Numbered from the stretch's first letter, positions 1-10,878 are shown. The stretch is DNA of 64,000 nucleotides from an uncultured Actinomycetes bacterium (GCA_963725665.1 CAVRZA010000006.1:352001-416000); one strand, 5' to 3'. The notes: a model not told the origin generated them from the sequence alone. Numbers and translations: made by a program.

Positions 1-21
1 CGTGATGAGCTCCTCCTGTGC

Positions 22-306
22 TCACCTCCCCTGTGCGCTCTCGGCCGCCTCTCTCCCCGCGGCGGCCGCGGTCACGAACTCCTCGAGCGAGCGCTCGAGG
101 AAGAAGCCGACGACTCGCATGGCCTTGGCCAGATCGAAGCTCCGCGGGCGGACTGCCGCCTGCACGGCGAGCCCGTCGACGACGGGCACCAGGCGAGGGC
201 GACGAACTCCTCCCGGTTCTCGGGGGTCACGCGGTCGGCGAGCCCAAGCCACTCGAGGTTCATCTGATAGTACCAGTCGTAGAGCCGACCCGCCCGCTTC
301 TGCAGA
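22..306 (-). pseudogene. C-terminal remnant of a TetR-family regulator (no HTH, internal frameshift near 190)
   Basis: Joined frames read LQKRAGRLYDWYYQMNLEWLGL...EEFVAL/VPVVDGLAVQAAVRPRSFDLAKAM, which aligns by eye to the C-terminus of the TetR at 12443 (VYDWYRRLDVRMFG...VVAAVDGFALQACLDPEGFDLDKAF). It begins directly after the stop of the upstream gene. Confidence 0.7.
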
Positions 307-1531
307 TCACACCCAGCGCATCGTGCGTCGGGCGAATCTCAAGCCGCGGCGCTTGAGCTCCTCGATGTACGCCAGGCGCACCTCGCGCGGCAGCCCCTCG
401 GGCGGGAGGACGCCCCGGGAGGCGATCGTGCCGTCGAGAATGAAGTCGGCGTACACCGCGGCCGGCACGGAAGTGCCGTACGAGATCCTTGTAGCGCCCG
501 GCACCCACTGAGTGAGCTCCTGGATGTTCGGTGGGTAGACGAAGAACGTGTCGGTGGCGGGCCCTTGGGCATCGGCATGAAGGTCGACGATGTACACGCC
601 CTCGTCGACGATCTCGCCCTCGCTCGCCATGCCGGCGATCTCTTCGGGCGCCGGGCTCGGTGGCAGGTTGCTGACGAGCACGTCGATAGGACGCACCGTC
701 ATGCCCTTCACCCGCCGCGGCTCGGGGCTCGCCATGCCGGATCCTATGACCGCCTGCAGCGTGTCGAGGCCGGCGTCGCTGCCGCCCATCTTGAAGTCGA
801 CGCAGCGCAACCCTTTGTCCCCCAGCTTCGGCAACCAGCGCGGCAGCGTCGAGACCTCCTCGTGCTCGTGGTGCGTCACCGGTCGCCTGCCGTACGGGGC
901 CGGGAAGTCGTAGTACTCACGTCCCCCGAAGGGCTCGGCGCGGTCGAAGGCGCCGCCCTCGAAGTAGAGCGGCGGTGTCTGGCAGTCGATGTACCAGGTC
1001 TCCTGCGACCAGACCTGGATGGGCTTGGCCGAGCTGAAGTTCGAGGTCGCGCGCACGTGGATCGCCTCGCAGCGCTCCGCCTCCTCGTAGAGGATGGCCG
1101 CCAGCGTGTTGGTGACGCCGGGGGTCATGCCGGTGGTGATCAGCGCCGTGCGACCCGCGCTCCTTGAAGCGCTCGTCGAGCGCCATCTGCGCTTCATAGC
1201 CGTCGTCGACGGTGCCCCCCGGCGTGCGTGTCGCCATGTCGATGTAGTGCGCGCCCACGGCCAACGCTCCGTGCATCACGGGGACGACCCACTCGGGGAG
1301 CACGGCGTTCACAATGATGTCGGCGCCGACGGCGAAGCGCGCGACGGCGTCGGGGTCGCTGGCGTCGACCTTCGCCGCCGTCGTCTTGCCGGCGCCCCAC
1401 CGAGCCGACACCTCCCTGGCGCGTTGCTCGTCGTAGTCGCCGAGCACGACCTCGCTCACGTCATCGCGCCGCGCGAAGTGCCACATGAGCACGTAGCCCT
1501 GCGCGCCTGCTCCGAGGATGGCAACCTTCAT
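307..1531 (-). CDS. Saccharopine dehydrogenase / carboxynorspermidine dehydrogenase-like NAD(P) oxidoreductase, frameshift near 1157
   Basis: Rossmann MKVAILGAGAQG, NAVLP, HYIDMA in ORF 917..1594; continues GMTPGVTN...HEEV...GVLPPEGL in ORF 307..1197; GGAGG RBS. Confidence 0.8.
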
Positions 1532-1639
1532 CGTCCCTCCCATGCTCGTGCTCGTGATTCTCGGCCGTCGCCGGCCAGTGACGACGGGCCACACGGCAGT
1601 CCAACGTCCCGCCGGACGCGATTCTGGGTACGCGCTCCG

Positions 1640-3382
1640 CTACCTACCGTCGGGCTCCTCGCCGATGTCCACGCCGTAGTCCCTCAGCGCCCCCGCCGCC
1701 GTCACGTAGCCGTCGCGCACGTCTCTGGCGAGGGCAGCTCGATCGCGAGTCCCAGGAGGGCCCCAGCCTCCCCCTCCCGACGAGCGCAAGACGAGGACGT
1801 CACCCTGCACGACCTCGTAGTCCACTTCTTTGCCGCGCATGTGCCGCTCGCCGGGACGGCCGGGATTGAGGAACACCGCCGCCGGCCGTCCCCGCGATCC
1901 TCCCTCGAGACCCCAGGGGCGCGTCTTCTCGAGGGTCTGGTCGGCGTAGTGTCCACCCATGAGCGCATCGGGGGCGAGCAGCTCGTAGCGGCGCTCGATG
2001 GCAAGCCCCCCGCGGTACGTGCCGGCGCCACCAGAGTCGGTTACGAGCTCCGTGCTGAGCACCCGCAAGGGGAACTCGACCTCCATTGCCTCCGCCGACA
2101 TCATCGCGCAGTTGCCCATGTGTGTGTCGACGCCCGAGATGCCGTCCCCGGACCGATGCGCGCCCATGCCGCCGCCCACGATGTCGGCGCACAGGTATCG
2201 CTCGCCGGTCCGGTGGTCGATGCCGCCGAGGTTGAACGTCGGGAAGGCAATCGAGGTGCCGGCAGCCGCCCTGGTCGGCTTGGCTCCCCGCAGCGCCAGT
2301 ATCACCAGATCGGCCACCTTCTGTGCGGTGAGGTGGCGCACACTCACGGCCGCCGGCGACAGGGGGTTCAGCAGCGAGCCCTCCGGTACCGAGGTGGTGA
2401 TGGCACGGTAGAACCCCTCGTTCTGGGGGATCTCGGGATCGATGTAGCAGCGGATCGCGTACCACACGGCGGCTACCGTCGATGCGAGTGGGCAGTTGAG
2501 GCTGCCCTTGACCTGCCCTTCAGTTCCGGCGAAGTCGGCGTGGAACCGGTCGTCGGTGACGGTGACCTTCACCCGCAGCCGCAGCGGCTCGGTCCCGTAG
2601 AAGTCAGGGTCCATGAACCCCTCGGCCTCGTAGACGCCAGGACGCATGCCGCCGATCTCCTGGACCACGCGCCGCTCGGTGTAGTCCCAGAGCGCCTCCA
2701 CGTAGGCGCCCATCTCCTCCGCCCCGTACCGCGTGCACAGGTCCGCCCAGCGTCGCTCGGCCGTGCGGCAGGCGGCGATCTGCGCGCGCACGTCGCCGAG
2801 CGTCTCCTTGGGGATGCGGACGTTGGCCGCCATGATGTCGAGGACGGCCTCGTTCGGCACTCCGGCCTCGTAGAGCTTCACGATCGGGAGGATCAGCCCT
2901 TCCTGGTAGATCTCCTTGTTGTCGGCGGCCTCCGTCGCCACCGACTTGCCGCCGACGTCCATGTGGTGTGCGTTCGTTCCGGCGAACGCCATGAGGCGCC
3001 CACCGACGAAGACCGGCGTCACGATGATGAGGTCGAGCGTGTGCGTAGCACCGAGATAAGGGTGGTTCATGATGAAGATGTCGCCCGGCGCGATCGACTC
3101 AGGAGGGAACTTGCGCAGCATCCACACGATCGCCGACGACATGACACCGAGCTGGGCGGGCAGGTTCTCGTCCTGACTTATCAACTCACCTCGCGCACCG
3201 AACAGGGCGCACGAGAAGTCGAGCATGTCGTAGATGATGGCGGAGTAGGCACTCCGGCGCAGGGCCTTGCTCATCTCCTTGGCCACTGAGATCAGGGCGC
3301 TCGCCACGACCTCGCGCGTGATCGCGTCCTCGCTCACCCGTCCGCGCACGACGCGCGCGTGCGTGTCGGCTCCGCTACTCAC
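1640..3382 (-). CDS. Hydantoinase B / 5-oxoprolinase subunit B
   Basis: RSAYSAIIYDMLDFSCALF, NHPYLGATHTLD, AHHMDVGG, DSGGAGTYRGG, GGGGWG motifs; GTG start overlapping the hyuA stop. Confidence 0.9.
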   Translation of the reverse strand: MSSGADTHARVVRGRVSEDAITREVVASALISVAKEMSKALRRSAYSAIIYDMLDFSCALFGARGELISQDENLPAQLGVMSSAIVWMLRKFPPESIAPGDIFIMNHPYLGATHTLDLIIVTPVFVGGRLMAFAGTNAHHMDVGGKSVATEAADNKEIYQEGLILPIVKLYEAGVPNEAVLDIMAANVRIPKETLGDVRAQIAACRTAERRWADLCTRYGAEEMGAYVEALWDYTERRVVQEIGGMRPGVYEAEGFMDPDFYGTEPLRLRVKVTVTDDRFHADFAGTEGQVKGSLNCPLASTVAAVWYAIRCYIDPEIPQNEGFYRAITTSVPEGSLLNPLSPAAVSVRHLTAQKVADLVILALRGAKPTRAAAGTSIAFPTFNLGGIDHRTGERYLCADIVGGGMGAHRSGDGISGVDTHMGNCAMMSAEAMEVEFPLRVLSTELVTDSGGAGTYRGGLAIERRYELLAPDALMGGHYADQTLEKTRPWGLEGGSRGRPAAVFLNPGRPGERHMRGKEVDYEVVQGDVLVLRSSGGGGWGPPGTRDRAALARDVRDGYVTAAGALRDYGVDIGEEPDGR

Positions 3383-5420
3383 TCTGGACCTCCACGATGA
3401 GGTTGCCGCTCTCGTCGGCGTGGGCAACGTCGCCGGGCGGGATCCAGGTCGTTGTGTCGAGCTGCTCGACGACGACAGGACCCTCATAGCGGCGGTCCCG
3501 TTCCAGCGCACCTCGGTCGAGGACGCAGGCGGTCATGTAGCCGCTCCCCTTCACATACACGGGACGCTCGTGCCGTGCGGTCTGCCGGCCGGTCACCTGC
3601 TCGCGCCACACGCCGCGGGGCACCTCGCCGACGCCCTCGACACGCAGGTTCACGAACTGGGTCGGCTCGTCGTCGGCATGATGTCCGAATACGCGCTCGT
3701 GATGCACATGGAATGAGGCGATCAGCCGTTGCAGAGCGTCTTCGTCGCCGGCGAGATCCTCCTCGCACGGGATCGTCAGCTCATACGCCTGCCCGCAGTA
3801 GCGCATGTCGGCGAAGCGCCAGAACGAGAGCTTGTTCTCCGCGATGCCGTCGAGCTGCAGCTTCCGTCGCGCCTCCTCCCGCAGGGCCGCGAAGATGGCC
3901 TCGACTCGCACCAGATCCGCGTCTTCGGTGGGCACTATGTATGGTGCAAGCATGGGGTGGTGGATGTCGGTCATGAGGAGACCGACGGCCGACGTGATAC
4001 CGGGGTGTGGCGGTATGACGACCCGCCGGATGCTGGTCTCGCGAGCGACCGCGCAGGCGTGCATCGGTCCGGCACCGCCGAACGCGATGAGCGTGAAGTC
4101 ACGAGGATCGAGACCCTTCTCGACCGTGGTCACTCGGATCGCGCCGCGCATGTTACTGTTAGCGATCTCGATCATGCCCGCGGCAGCCTCTTCAATCGAG
4201 AGGCCGAGGGGTTCGGCGACCGCTCGACGCACCGCGTCGCGAGCGGCCGCGGCATCGAGGCGCAGATCACGCCCCAGTACGGTCGACTCCGCGAGAACAC
4301 CGACGACGAGGTTGGCGTCGGAGACGGTGGCCTGAGTCCCACCCCTGCCGTAGCAGGCAGGGCCCGGGTCGGCGCCGGCACTCGCGGGACCCACCTTCAG
4401 ACCACCCGCTTGGTCGACGTTGGCGATGCTGCCGCCGCCAGCGCCGATCGTCTCGATATCGACCATGGGGGTGCGCAGCGGGTAACCGCCCAGATCCTTC
4501 ATGTGGGTGCGTCCCGCTTCCCCACCAACGATCGTGGCGACGTCGCAGCTGGTACCACCCATATCGAAGGTGACAAGGTTGCCGTAGCCTGCTGCATCGC
4601 CGAAGAAGCTGCCGCCGACGACACCGCCGACCGGGCCCGACAGGATGGTGTTCACGGGACGTTCCTTCGTCGTGGACGCTGTCATCAGCCCGCCCGACGA
4701 CTGCATCACATGCAGCCCCGCCGCGACTTTCTGTCCTTTGAGGCGCTTCTCCAGCCGATCGATATAGCCGAACACAGGCGGCATGACGTAGGCGTTCACG
4801 GCCGTGGTGCTCATGCGCCAGTACTCGCGATACTCGGGGCTCACTGCGGAGGAGACCGACACCATCACCCTCGGCATGATTGCGGCCGCGAGGGCGGCGA
4901 GACGTTCCTCGTGCGCCGTGTTCATGAAAGAGAACAGGAGACAGATCGCCAGCGACTCGATGCCGTCGTCGCGGAGCTCCTCGAGCGTTGCCCGGGCAGC
5001 GCCTTCGTCGAGCGCGCGCACCACTGAGCCGTCCCAGGCGACGCGCTCGGGCACCTCCCGGCGCAAGCGGCGGGGGACGAGCGGCGGCGCTTTGGACTGC
5101 GTGAGGCTATAGAGCAGCGGCCTTTGCTGCGTTCCGATCTCGAGTACGTCGCGGCAGCCCTCGGTCGTGAGTAGTGCTACCTTGGCTCCTTTGTGCTCGA
5201 GCAGCGCGTTGGTCGCGACTGTCGTCCCGTGCACCAGAAAGCCGATGGACCCGGTTGGCAGCCCGGCCGCCGCGCAAACGCGTAGGACGCCGTCGACGAA
5301 GGCCACCGACTGGTCGTCCGGCGTCGACGGCGTCTTCTCGATCCAGACCTCGCCGGTCTCAGCGTTCAGGAGGCAGAGGTCGGTGAAGGTCCCCCCGACA
5401 TCGACGCCCAGCTTCCACAT
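3375..5420 (-). CDS. Hydantoinase A / 5-oxoprolinase subunit A (ATP-binding)
   Basis: GVDVGGTFTD, HGTTVATNA, DMGGTSCD, IGAGGGS, GADPGPACYG motifs. Confidence 0.93.
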   Translation of the reverse strand: MWKLGVDVGGTFTDLCLLNAETGEVWIEKTPSTPDDQSVAFVDGVLRVCAAAGLPTGSIGFLVHGTTVATNALLEHKGAKVALLTTEGCRDVLEIGTQQRPLLYSLTQSKAPPLVPRRLRREVPERVAWDGSVVRALDEGAARATLEELRDDGIESLAICLLFSFMNTAHEERLAALAAAIMPRVMVSVSSAVSPEYREYWRMSTTAVNAYVMPPVFGYIDRLEKRLKGQKVAAGLHVMQSSGGLMTASTTKERPVNTILSGPVGGVVGGSFFGDAAGYGNLVTFDMGGTSCDVATIVGGEAGRTHMKDLGGYPLRTPMVDIETIGAGGGSIANVDQAGGLKVGPASAGADPGPACYGRGGTQATVSDANLVVGVLAESTVLGRDLRLDAAAARDAVRRAVAEPLGLSIEEAAAGMIEIANSNMRGAIRVTTVEKGLDPRDFTLIAFGGAGPMHACAVARETSIRRVVIPPHPGITSAVGLLMTDIHHPMLAPYIVPTEDADLVRVEAIFAALREEARRKLQLDGIAENKLSFWRFADMRYCGQAYELTIPCEEDLAGDEDALQRLIASFHVHHERVFGHHADDEPTQFVNLRVEGVGEVPRGVWREQVTGRQTARHERPVYVKGSGYMTACVLDRGALERDRRYEGPVVVEQLDTTTWIPPGDVAHADESGNLIVEVQSE

Positions 5421-6583
5421 CAGCTGGCCCTTCCTCCCCGTTCGCTCGAAACGTCAGGCTGAGACGTGAGGAAGGCTGAATAGTCGATCGGCCGGTATCC
5501 CGTCGTGCACGGGTTACCATCGGCGAGCCAGATGCGGCGTCGGTGGAGGTCGAAGACGGCGGAGGCGATCGTGGCCTCCCACTCCACCGGATCGTGGTCC
5601 TCCTGCACGTGCGTGCAGACTCCCAGCGGGTGTCCATCGTGCAGCGAGAGGGCCTCCTGGAGCGTCTCGGGACGCACCGTTCCCAGGCGCGGTTTGAGGA
5701 ACTCGCACACGGATTGCAGGCGAAACACGCCGTCGGGCATGAGCCAGCGGCCTACGTCGATGGCGTCGAAGCGCGCCGAGAGGAAATGGTTGGTGTGTGC
5801 GATCAGCCCGTCCTGGGGTCCGTCGACAAGCAGGCGGGAGAAGTCACCCGGCATGCCCTCTGCGTCTACCGCGAGCCCATCCTCGTGAGCCAGGATGTAG
5901 TTGGCCGAGGAGGACCTCGACGCGACCTGCAGGCGACTCAGGGCGTCAGTGATGCTCGTGGCGTCGTGGAGCGACCTCAGGACGACATGATACGGGATCC
6001 CAGGCTCGCCCTTGTCGCCGTCACATACGAGGGCGTTGGTGAGAATGCCGAGGCCCGCCGAGTTGAGGCCGAACTTCGCAAGGAGACCGGCCTCGACGAT
6101 GGTGACGAAGCGGGGCCCGTCATCCTGATCGACCTCCAGAACCACGACCGTCTCGCGTGTGTGAGCGAGCCAGTCCCAGTTCTGGGCGATGAGGATGCGT
6201 CCCTGCGCCGTCGCCGAGGGCAGCACGGCGAGCGTCGTGCACTCGGGCGGCGAGCGCCGCAGCTCGCGCGCTGCGCGCGCCTTGGCCGCGAACATCACCT
6301 CCGTGCGCAGGTTGAGGGCCAGGATGTCCTCGAACTCGAGCCCGGCGCCCCGGGCTATGCCTCTCATCTCGTCGAGGTAGCGCTCGTCGAGGGCAGCGAT
6401 GCTGGCGACGTAGCCGCTGGCCAGTCGGCGGGCCGATGCCCACTCGAGCCCGGCCCAGCGTTCGAACACGCCGTGGTAGGCCTCAATGGAGCGCCGCACG
6501 CGCGCCGCGGCCTGCGTGCCGTACTGCAGGCCGCGCTCGTGCGGCGCTCCCGTGACGCGCACGCGCGGGTAGTGCTCGGCCAA
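5420..6583 (-). CDS. C45-family autoproteolytic acyltransferase/hydrolase (Ntn fold)
   Basis: ECTTL nucleophile Cys, AQNWDW, GLNSAGL, HTNHF. Confidence 0.88.
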   Translation of the reverse strand: MAEHYPRVRVTGAPHERGLQYGTQAAARVRRSIEAYHGVFERWAGLEWASARRLASGYVASIAALDERYLDEMRGIARGAGLEFEDILALNLRTEVMFAAKARAARELRRSPPECTTLAVLPSATAQGRILIAQNWDWLAHTRETVVVLEVDQDDGPRFVTIVEAGLLAKFGLNSAGLGILTNALVCDGDKGEPGIPYHVVLRSLHDATSITDALSRLQVASRSSSANYILAHEDGLAVDAEGMPGDFSRLLVDGPQDGLIAHTNHFLSARFDAIDVGRWLMPDGVFRLQSVCEFLKPRLGTVRPETLQEALSLHDGHPLGVCTHVQEDHDPVEWEATIASAVFDLHRRRIWLADGNPCTTGYRPIDYSAFLTSQPDVSSERGGRAS

Positions 6584-6586
6584 CCC

Positions 6587-7384
6587 TCAGCCCTCGGCGG
6601 CGAGCATTCGGCGCGCGCGCGACGCGACGTCGCGCGCGCGCGCCACATCGACGCCCGGCGTGCCCAACACGAAGTCGATGAAGTCATCGAGCATGCGCAA
6701 GCGGCCGGGACGTCCGATGATCTGCGGGTGCATCGTGAGAACGGTCAGCCCGCCGAGTTCGTGGATACCGAGGAACTCCTGCTCCCAGATCTCGCGCACC
6801 TCAGACGGAGTCGAGATCTTCTTGGTCCAGCTGGCCACATCGTCGAACCAGAACTGGGGCGCGTCGTCGAGGATCCACTGCACAGGCAGCTCGATGATGT
6901 CAGCGGACGGGTGTCGGTAAGGCCGGATGTCGTCCATCATGTTCGACGAGTAGGTGAGGCCCGCCGCCGCGAGAAGCGACAGAGTGTTCTCGCTGAAGTC
7001 CCAGGAGGGCGAGCGGTAGCCCTCGGGCTCTGCCCCTAGGTCGCGCAACACAGCGAGCGCTCTGCCCAGCTCTGCTTCCTCCTCCTCGCGCGACAGATCG
7101 GTCGGCGAGCGATGGGTGTAGCCGTGCACGCCCACCTCGTGGCCCTCCTCGAGGACGCGACGCACCTGATCCGGGTAACGTTCGGCCACCCGGCCGGGGA
7201 CGAAGAACGTCGCCGGGAGTCCCTTCTCGTTCAGTAGGGAGAGGATCAGCTCCAGACCCACCTTGGCGCCGTAGGTGCCCTGCGACAGGACGCCGGGACG
7301 CGACGCGTTATCGGGGTTCTCGCCGATCCAGACCTCCTCGGCGTCGAAGTCGAACGAGAAGACAAATGTCGACTCACTCGTCAC
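6587..7384 (-). CDS. Polysaccharide deacetylase family (PuuE/allantoinase-like amidohydrolase)
   Basis: FDFDAE, ATFFVPG, HEVGVHGYTH, GYRSPSW, MHPQIIGRP. Confidence 0.88.
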   Translation of the reverse strand: MTSESTFVFSFDFDAEEVWIGENPDNASRPGVLSQGTYGAKVGLELILSLLNEKGLPATFFVPGRVAERYPDQVRRVLEEGHEVGVHGYTHRSPTDLSREEEEAELGRALAVLRDLGAEPEGYRSPSWDFSENTLSLLAAAGLTYSSNMMDDIRPYRHPSADIIELPVQWILDDAPQFWFDDVASWTKKISTPSEVREIWEQEFLGIHELGGLTVLTMHPQIIGRPGRLRMLDDFIDFVLGTPGVDVARARDVASRARRMLAAEG

Positions 7385-8510
7385 GACTGCCCCCCTCCTC
7401 GTCTGCCGCCGCGACCGTAGAGCCTTCGCCCTGGACAGCCGGATCCTCGGCGACGGCCGCGGCTGCGGCCCGCTCCGGTTCGTTCATCCACACCCGGAGA
7501 CCTTCGCTCAGCCTGCCGACCAGCTTCACGAGCCCGGTCGGCTGCGACACAAGGATCGCCAGCAGGACCACGCCCAGAATCAGCAGCCGCCACTGGCCGG
7601 TGCCACGCAGGAACTCGGTGAGGATCATGACGAAGAAGGTCCCGACAATGGGACCACTGACGGTGCCCATACCGCCCACGAGAATCATCAGCACCAGCAG
7701 CGACAGCGGCGTAAGGCCCATCACGCTAGGTGAAATCGTCGTGTAGTGGAACGCGTAGAGAGCGCCGGCGATCCCCGACAAGAACGCGGACAGCGTCGTG
7801 GCCGCCACGTAGTAGACGCGCATGCTGATGCCCAGGCTGAGAGCGTAGCGGCTCGAATCACGCAGGCCCTGGAAGGCGACACCGTAGGGCGAGTTCATGA
7901 TCCTCTGGATGATGAGCGCCGTCAGGAAGCAGACGATGAGCGCAAGCCAGTAGAAGGCGCGCTGCTCTGTCTGCACCGACAGGCTGTCGAACGGCCCCGT
8001 TATGTTGGTCAGACCGAAGACGCCTCCCGTCAAGCCGGAGCTGTCGTTGATAATCGTGAGCCTGACGACCTCAGCAAAGGAGAAGGTCAGCAGCGCGACG
8101 TAGATGCCCCGCAGGCGCATTGACGGGATGCAGAGTCCGACGTTCGCCAGCGAGGCCAGGAGTGCTCCGATCAGCATCGCGATCCAAGGGGAGACGCCGA
8201 GCCGTGCTTCGCTGATGCCTGCGCCGTAGCCTCCGATGGCGAACAGCGCCAGCTGGCCGAAGTTCCATGCCCCCGTCATGCCCAGGGTGAGGTTCCAGGC
8301 CTGGTTCAGGATCGAGTAGATGAGGATCAGGATGAGCAGGTCGATGACGTATGAGCTCGACGTGACCAAGGGGATGCCGGCGATGAGCAGGACGGCCACG
8401 ACGATGGGGACGATCGGTGCGCGGTGCCAACCGAGCAGCTGCCCGGTGCGAGCTCGACCGAGGAGGGCCCCCGCCTTCCTCTCCACCCCCGCCGGCGCCG
8501 CAGCGCTCAC
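7374..8510 (-). CDS. Branched-chain amino acid-type ABC permease (LivM-like)
   Basis: Hydrophobic; RLRGIYVALLT, VGGMGTVSGPIVG. Confidence 0.9.
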   Translation of the reverse strand: MSAAAPAGVERKAGALLGRARTGQLLGWHRAPIVPIVVAVLLIAGIPLVTSSSYVIDLLILILIYSILNQAWNLTLGMTGAWNFGQLALFAIGGYGAGISEARLGVSPWIAMLIGALLASLANVGLCIPSMRLRGIYVALLTFSFAEVVRLTIINDSSGLTGGVFGLTNITGPFDSLSVQTEQRAFYWLALIVCFLTALIIQRIMNSPYGVAFQGLRDSSRYALSLGISMRVYYVAATTLSAFLSGIAGALYAFHYTTISPSVMGLTPLSLLVLMILVGGMGTVSGPIVGTFFVMILTEFLRGTGQWRLLILGVVLLAILVSQPTGLVKLVGRLSEGLRVWMNEPERAAAAAVAEDPAVQGEGSTVAAADEEGGSRDE

Positions 8511-9391
8511 AACCGCTCCTCCTGCGGCAGGCCGAACAGACCGTTCGGCCGGATGATGAGCACGACGATGATGATGATGAACATGATCGTGAGCGACCAG
8601 CCGGTCCCGATGTAAGTGGACGAGATCGACTCGACGAGCCCCATAAGGAACGCTGCGTAGATGGTCCCGCGAATGCTTCCCAGTCCCGCCAGGATGGCGA
8701 CGATGAGGCCCTTAAGCAGGGGCAGATCACCGGAGACCGGATTGATGAAGTAGAGCGGCGCGAGCAGAACGCCGGCGATGCCGGCGAGGCTGCCCGCGAG
8801 CGCCATCGTGAGCATGTAGACGCGCGTCGTCTGGACTCCGGCCAGTCGCGCGGCGTCGAGCTCCTGGGCGACCGCTCTCACAGACAGTCCGTGGCGAGTG
8901 TTGTTCAGGAACCAGCTCAGGGCGCCCAGGCTCACGAAGGCGATCAGAAGGATCATGACCGATTGCCAGGTGAGGGTGACCCCGCCGGCGGCTATGCCGC
9001 CACTCACCAGCGGTGGGATGCCCTTCGACTGGGGACCGAAGATGAGGAGAGCGGCCGCCGAGAGGATGATGGTGACGGCCAAGGTCGAGATGTACGCCGT
9101 CATCTCGAAGTCGATGTCCTTGCGTCCTACGAGGGGGCGCACCGAGGTGATCTCGGTGGCCACCCCGAAGGCGCCGGCGACGATGATCGCGAAGAGGAGA
9201 CCGATCCAGGGGCTCCACCCGAACTGATTGAACAGCACGAAGGCGACGTACCCGCCGACCATGACGTAGGACCCCTGTGCCATGTTGAGCGTGCGCAGCG
9301 ATCCGTACACCAGCGTCAGGCCTACCGTCATGATGGCGTAGATGGCCCCGATGACGACCCCGCTGATCAGGGCTTGAAGCAGGACTGCCAC
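8507..9391 (-). CDS. Branched-chain amino acid-type ABC permease (LivH-like)
   Basis: GLTLVYGSLRTLNMAQG, GLGSIRG, RPNGLFG. Confidence 0.9.
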   Translation of the reverse strand: MAVLLQALISGVVIGAIYAIMTVGLTLVYGSLRTLNMAQGSYVMVGGYVAFVLFNQFGWSPWIGLLFAIIVAGAFGVATEITSVRPLVGRKDIDFEMTAYISTLAVTIILSAAALLIFGPQSKGIPPLVSGGIAAGGVTLTWQSVMILLIAFVSLGALSWFLNNTRHGLSVRAVAQELDAARLAGVQTTRVYMLTMALAGSLAGIAGVLLAPLYFINPVSGDLPLLKGLIVAILAGLGSIRGTIYAAFLMGLVESISSTYIGTGWSLTIMFIIIIVVLIIRPNGLFGLPQEERL

Positions 9392-9401
9392 CGGCGACCT
9401 C

Positions 9402-10106
9402 CTAGGCTCCCAGATACACCGACCGGAGCCGCTCGTCGCTCAGAAGGACCGCGACAGTACCCTCGTGCACGATACGGCCGTTCTCCATGAGGTAAACGTA
9501 GTCGGCGATGTGCTGGATGTTCTCGAAGTTCTCCTCGGCGAGGAGGACGGTGGCCTCGCTGCGCGCGATGCGGGCCAGCGTGGCGTAGACCTCCTGGACG
9601 AGGACGGGCGCGAGTCCGAGGGCAGGCTCGTCTACCATAAGCAGACGAGCCTGCCCCATCAGCCCGCGCCCGATCGCACACATGCGTCGCTCGCCGCCGG
9701 AGAGCGTACGTGCCTGTTGCCGACGACGCTCTTTCAGTTTGGGAAACAGGTTGAACACCCTCTCGAGGCCCTCCCCCCGCCGGTCCCAGGCAACCTTGAC
9801 GAAAGCACCCATGAGGAGGTTCTGCTCGACCGTCAAGTCCTGGAAGAGCAGGTCGCCCTGAGGGATGTGCACAAGGCCCTTCGCGACGATGGCGGCCGGC
9901 GAGGCGCCACCGACCGACTCATCCAGGAACGTGATCGAGCCTTCCCAGGGCGGTACAAGTCCGCTGAGGACGCGCAGCAGCGTAGTCTTGCCATGTCCGT
10001 TGGGTCCGGTCAGAACGACGAGCTTGCCCTCGGGCACGTCAAGGCTCACGTCGAACAGCACCCGCGCCCGCCCGTAGCCAGAGGAAACGTTTGCCACATT
10101 AAGCAT
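9402..10106 (-). CDS. ABC ATPase (LivF-like)
   Basis: GPNGHGKTT, LSGGERRM, DEPALGLAP. Confidence 0.92.
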   Translation of the reverse strand: MLNVANVSSGYGRARVLFDVSLDVPEGKLVVLTGPNGHGKTTLLRVLSGLVPPWEGSITFLDESVGGASPAAIVAKGLVHIPQGDLLFQDLTVEQNLLMGAFVKVAWDRRGEGLERVFNLFPKLKERRRQQARTLSGGERRMCAIGRGLMGQARLLMVDEPALGLAPVLVQEVYATLARIARSEATVLLAEENFENIQHIADYVYLMENGRIVHEGTVAVLLSDERLRSVYLGA

Positions 10107-10878
10107 CGGCACCTCCCGGGCCGACCCCCGCGGCAACACCCGACGATCCGAGATAGAGACGGATCACCTCGGGATCGGCGACCGCGTCCTCGGGACTCCC
10201 CTCGAAGATCTTGCTGCCCTGATGCATGATCATGACCCGGTCAGAGACGCGCATGAGGACGCTCATCACGTGCTCGACGAGCACGATCGCGACACCTGTC
10301 GATTTCACGTTCTCCACGTGCTCGACGAGCTGCAAACCCTCGGTCTCTGTCAGTCCCGCGACCACCTCGTCGAGCATCAGGATGCGCGGGTTCGTCGCCA
10401 GCGCCGCCGCGATCATGAGTCGTTTGCGCTCGTAGACCGAGAGGAGGTTCGTCTGCGTCCCCAGCTTGTCCCCCAGCTCGAGCTCTTCGGCCAGAACTCG
10501 GGCCTGGGCCACCTCGTCGGACGAGAAGCCAAGGCGGGCAAACCAGTGTCGGCTCTTGCCAAAGTGCAGTCCCGCCAGGACGGTGCCCAGCACGGTCTGT
10601 GAAGGCAGGATCGCGGCAATCTGAAACGTGCGAGCTATGCCGAGCTGACAGATCACGTTGGCGGACAGACTCTGTATCTGCTGACCGTCGAAGCTGATCA
10701 CGCCTGCCGTGGCCCGCGACTGCCCCGTGATGACATCGAACAGGGCGGTCTTGCCGGCTCCGTTGGGACCAGCGATGCCGAGAATCTCCCCCTGCGACAC
10801 CGAGAAGCTCAGATCGTCAACCGCCGCCAGCGCACCGAAGTGCTTCGACAAGTGCTCGACCTCCAGAATCGCTGCCAT
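10099..10878 (-). CDS. ABC ATPase (LivG-like)
   Basis: GPNGAGKT, GIARTFQ, LDEVVAGL, VEHVM. Confidence 0.92.
   Translation of the reverse strand: MAAILEVEHLSKHFGALAAVDDLSFSVSQGEILGIAGPNGAGKTALFDVITGQSRATAGVISFDGQQIQSLSANVICQLGIARTFQIAAILPSQTVLGTVLAGLHFGKSRHWFARLGFSSDEVAQARVLAEELELGDKLGTQTNLLSVYERKRLMIAAALATNPRILMLDEVVAGLTETEGLQLVEHVENVKSTGVAIVLVEHVMSVLMRVSDRVMIMHQGSKIFEGSPEDAVADPEVIRLYLGSSGVAAGVGPGGADA

Noticed and set aside
1094-3289. Long antisense ORFs (731 aa here; also 5543..7039, 35961..37208, 42036..44048 and others)
   Set aside because: Shadow frames of high-GC3 genes on the opposite strand or in another frame; no motifs, and rich in Arg, His and Ala.
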